DNA of 63,158 nucleotides, counting the filler, from Octopus bimaculoides (lineage: Eukaryota), in the NCBI RefSeq assembly GCF_001194135.2. It is 5 parts of 4 records of this genome, joined end to end, with 100 filler letters (N's around TTAATTAATTAA, not from the genome) between each part and the next. Parts side by side here need not be neighbours in the genome. Positions count along the whole stretch, not along the records: positions 58,929 to 63,158 come from NW_026334994.1; 4 more parts are not named here. The stretch is one strand, 5' to 3'. The translations under genes and the position numbers were made by a program. The notes beneath the pieces were generated by a model. That model made no database searches, had not been told where the DNA came from, and saw nothing but the letters and a program-made list of their open reading frames with translations. Position 1 is the stretch's first letter. The number at the start of each line of letters is the position of its first letter. This document shows positions 61,301 to 63,158 of this stretch, piece by piece.

Positions 61301-61804
61301 TGGACATGTGTGAGTGTGTGTGTGTGCATCTGTAACGTGTGTGATGTGTGTAGCAGTTGAGGTGTGCTTTTTCACATGGTGTGTGTACATATGTATGGTG
61401 TATATATGTGGGCGAAAGTTATCTTGGTCTATGTATGTAGTATGTGTTAATGCATGTTGCATGTGTATGTATATATAGCCTCTGTTCAGGTATTATGTGC
61501 TTGTGTGCATGTGGGAGTATATATTGTTTGTATTTAGGTATTATGTGCTTGTGTGGGAGTGTGTATGATGGGGTGTGTACTGAATTAAACAGTGTGTGTG
61601 GCTGCTCATATAGGGTGTGTGTGGTGATGCTATTGAAGATTGTGGGTATGTGGATGATGGTGTGTGGTATGGGTGCTGGGAGGTGGTCAGTGCTAGTGTG
61701 TGTAAAGTGGTGTGGGGTGGTATCAATGAAGAGAGGAGGTAGGTGTCAGATGAAAAGAAGAGGGGATTTGAGCCCATGTGGTGCAAAGAAGTGAAGGGAG
61801 AAGA

Positions 61805-63100
61805 TTAATTCCTGTTCTCGATGAAGGTGGGAATCTGGATGGCCCCTGTGTAAAGACAGTCCAAACACAGACAGATGTTGTGAATGACCAGTAGAGCAGA
61901 AATGGTGCAAGACTGGGGTGTTATTGCCGAGTCTGATGCCTCAAATGTATTCTGTGAACTGGTCAGCCAAGCAGTGTCCCATTTGACCAATGTACAGGGA
62001 AGGGCAGAAAGAGCAGGAGATGCAGTAAATGACATTACTAGAAGTGCAGGTAAAGGAGTTAGTGATGTGATAGGGACAATGATGGGTGCCTGTGAGGATG
62101 GTGGTGTTGGAGAAGTAAGGGCAGGTACGACAGCATGAGCGAGAGCAGGGGAACCAGCCAGGCTGGGAGGTAGTGTTAGGCAAGAAACTGTGGACCAGGT
62201 CATGCAGGTTATGGGCTCATTTAAAGGAGGGAAGGGGTAGGTTGAGGAAGATGTGCGAGGTGGAGTGGGGTCAGACTGGAGTTGCCGAAAGGCTTGGAAA
62301 ATGGTGCATTGGAGGGGCATAGTGGAAGGGTGGTAGGTGAGGGGAAATGGGAGACAGGCAATGACGGGGCAGGTGCGGGGAGAAAGAGTAGAGGCATCGT
62401 CCACGGATCATGCCCTGGCAAGGGCAGTGTGGATGGTGGTGATGGGATATCCACATAGGATGAAGTGGTGAGCCATGAGTTAAGACTGAGTCTCAAAGTC
62501 ATGGTTGTCACTGCAGAGCCTGAACAGATGGAGGTATTGGGAGTAGGTGATGGAGAGTTTGATGTGGGTAGGGTAGGAGGAGAAGTTAAGGTAGGAGTGT
62601 GAGTCAGTGTTTTTATAGTGAATGGTAGTAGTGAGAGTGGAGTGGTGTATACTGATAGAAATGTTGAGGAATGCCGGCAATCTGGCAGAAACGTTAGCAC
62701 GCCGGGCGAAATGCTTAGCGGTATTTTGTCTGCCACTACATTCTGAGTTCAAATTCTGCCAAGGTCGACTTTGCCTTTCATCCTTTCGGTGTCGATAAAT
62801 TAAGTACCAGTTACGCACTGGGGTTGATATAATCGATTTAATCCGTTTGTCTGTCCTTGTTTGTCCCCTCTGTGTGTAGCTCCTTGTGAGCAGTAAAGAA
62901 ATAAGAAATGTTGAGGAATTTGATAGAAGAGTTAGAAACAGTGCCGGAGAATTCAAGGGTAGTATAGAAGGATTGGACAAAAGAGAGGAAGAAGTCTAGT
63001 TGTTCATGGGAGAGTGAGGTCGCACTGATACAGTCATCAATATAACGATCATATAGTCTGGGAGAGGGACCAGTGAATTGTGAGAATATTTGGGCCTCAA
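61805..63100 (-). mobile_element. Penelope-like retroelement (Neptune-like): RT C-terminal half, Cys-rich linker, GIY-YIG endonuclease; frameshifted
   Basis: RYIDD, KFLNISI, YK.TDSHSYL, CSRSCCRTC and FTCTSSNVIYCISC..C.SLYIGQ motifs in RT-then-endonuclease order. Confidence 0.9.
62673..62903 (+). mobile_element. Full-length SINE family C with Tx1-type tail, inserted into the Penelope-like RT
   Basis: 16-bp TSD AGAAATGTTGAGGAAT at 62657-72 and 62904-19. Confidence 0.92.
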
Positions 63101-63158
63101 CATACACATACATATATATACATATGTATATATATATTTATCTACATATATATATATA

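Overview
AT-rich, microsatellite-dense animal genomic DNA from a gapped draft assembly. The SINE families look like those I associate with octopus/cephalopod genomes; this is recognition from memory, not a database match. One protein-coding gene can be assembled by hand, on the + strand: a 4-exon, 140-aa intracellular lipid-binding protein of the FABP/iLBP family (exons 47237-47318, 53409-53587, 54743-54853, 58768-58818). It has the family's three-intron layout but has lost the fatty-acid carboxylate-binding Arg/Arg/Tyr triad. The rest is mobile-element debris: three tRNA-derived SINE families, L1/Tx1-like, CR1-like and R4/Dong-like LINE fragments, a Penelope-like element, mariner/Tc1 derivatives and several MITEs. 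Best leads: (1) a Tx1-like LINE, a SINE subfamily and an ORF1-only (HAL1-like) element share one 3' tail ending AATAAAGAAAT, and three of the tails abut the target motif YGGTAYTT; (2) a minimal hammerhead ribozyme matching the full consensus at 21734-21778, plus a degenerate one; (3) fold-back DNA-transposon derivatives built from two copies of the same end; (4) a sharp rise in CpG decay after about 58.9 kb. No CRISPR, rRNA or genuine tRNA genes were seen. Most long ORFs in the track are microsatellite or N-gap artefacts.
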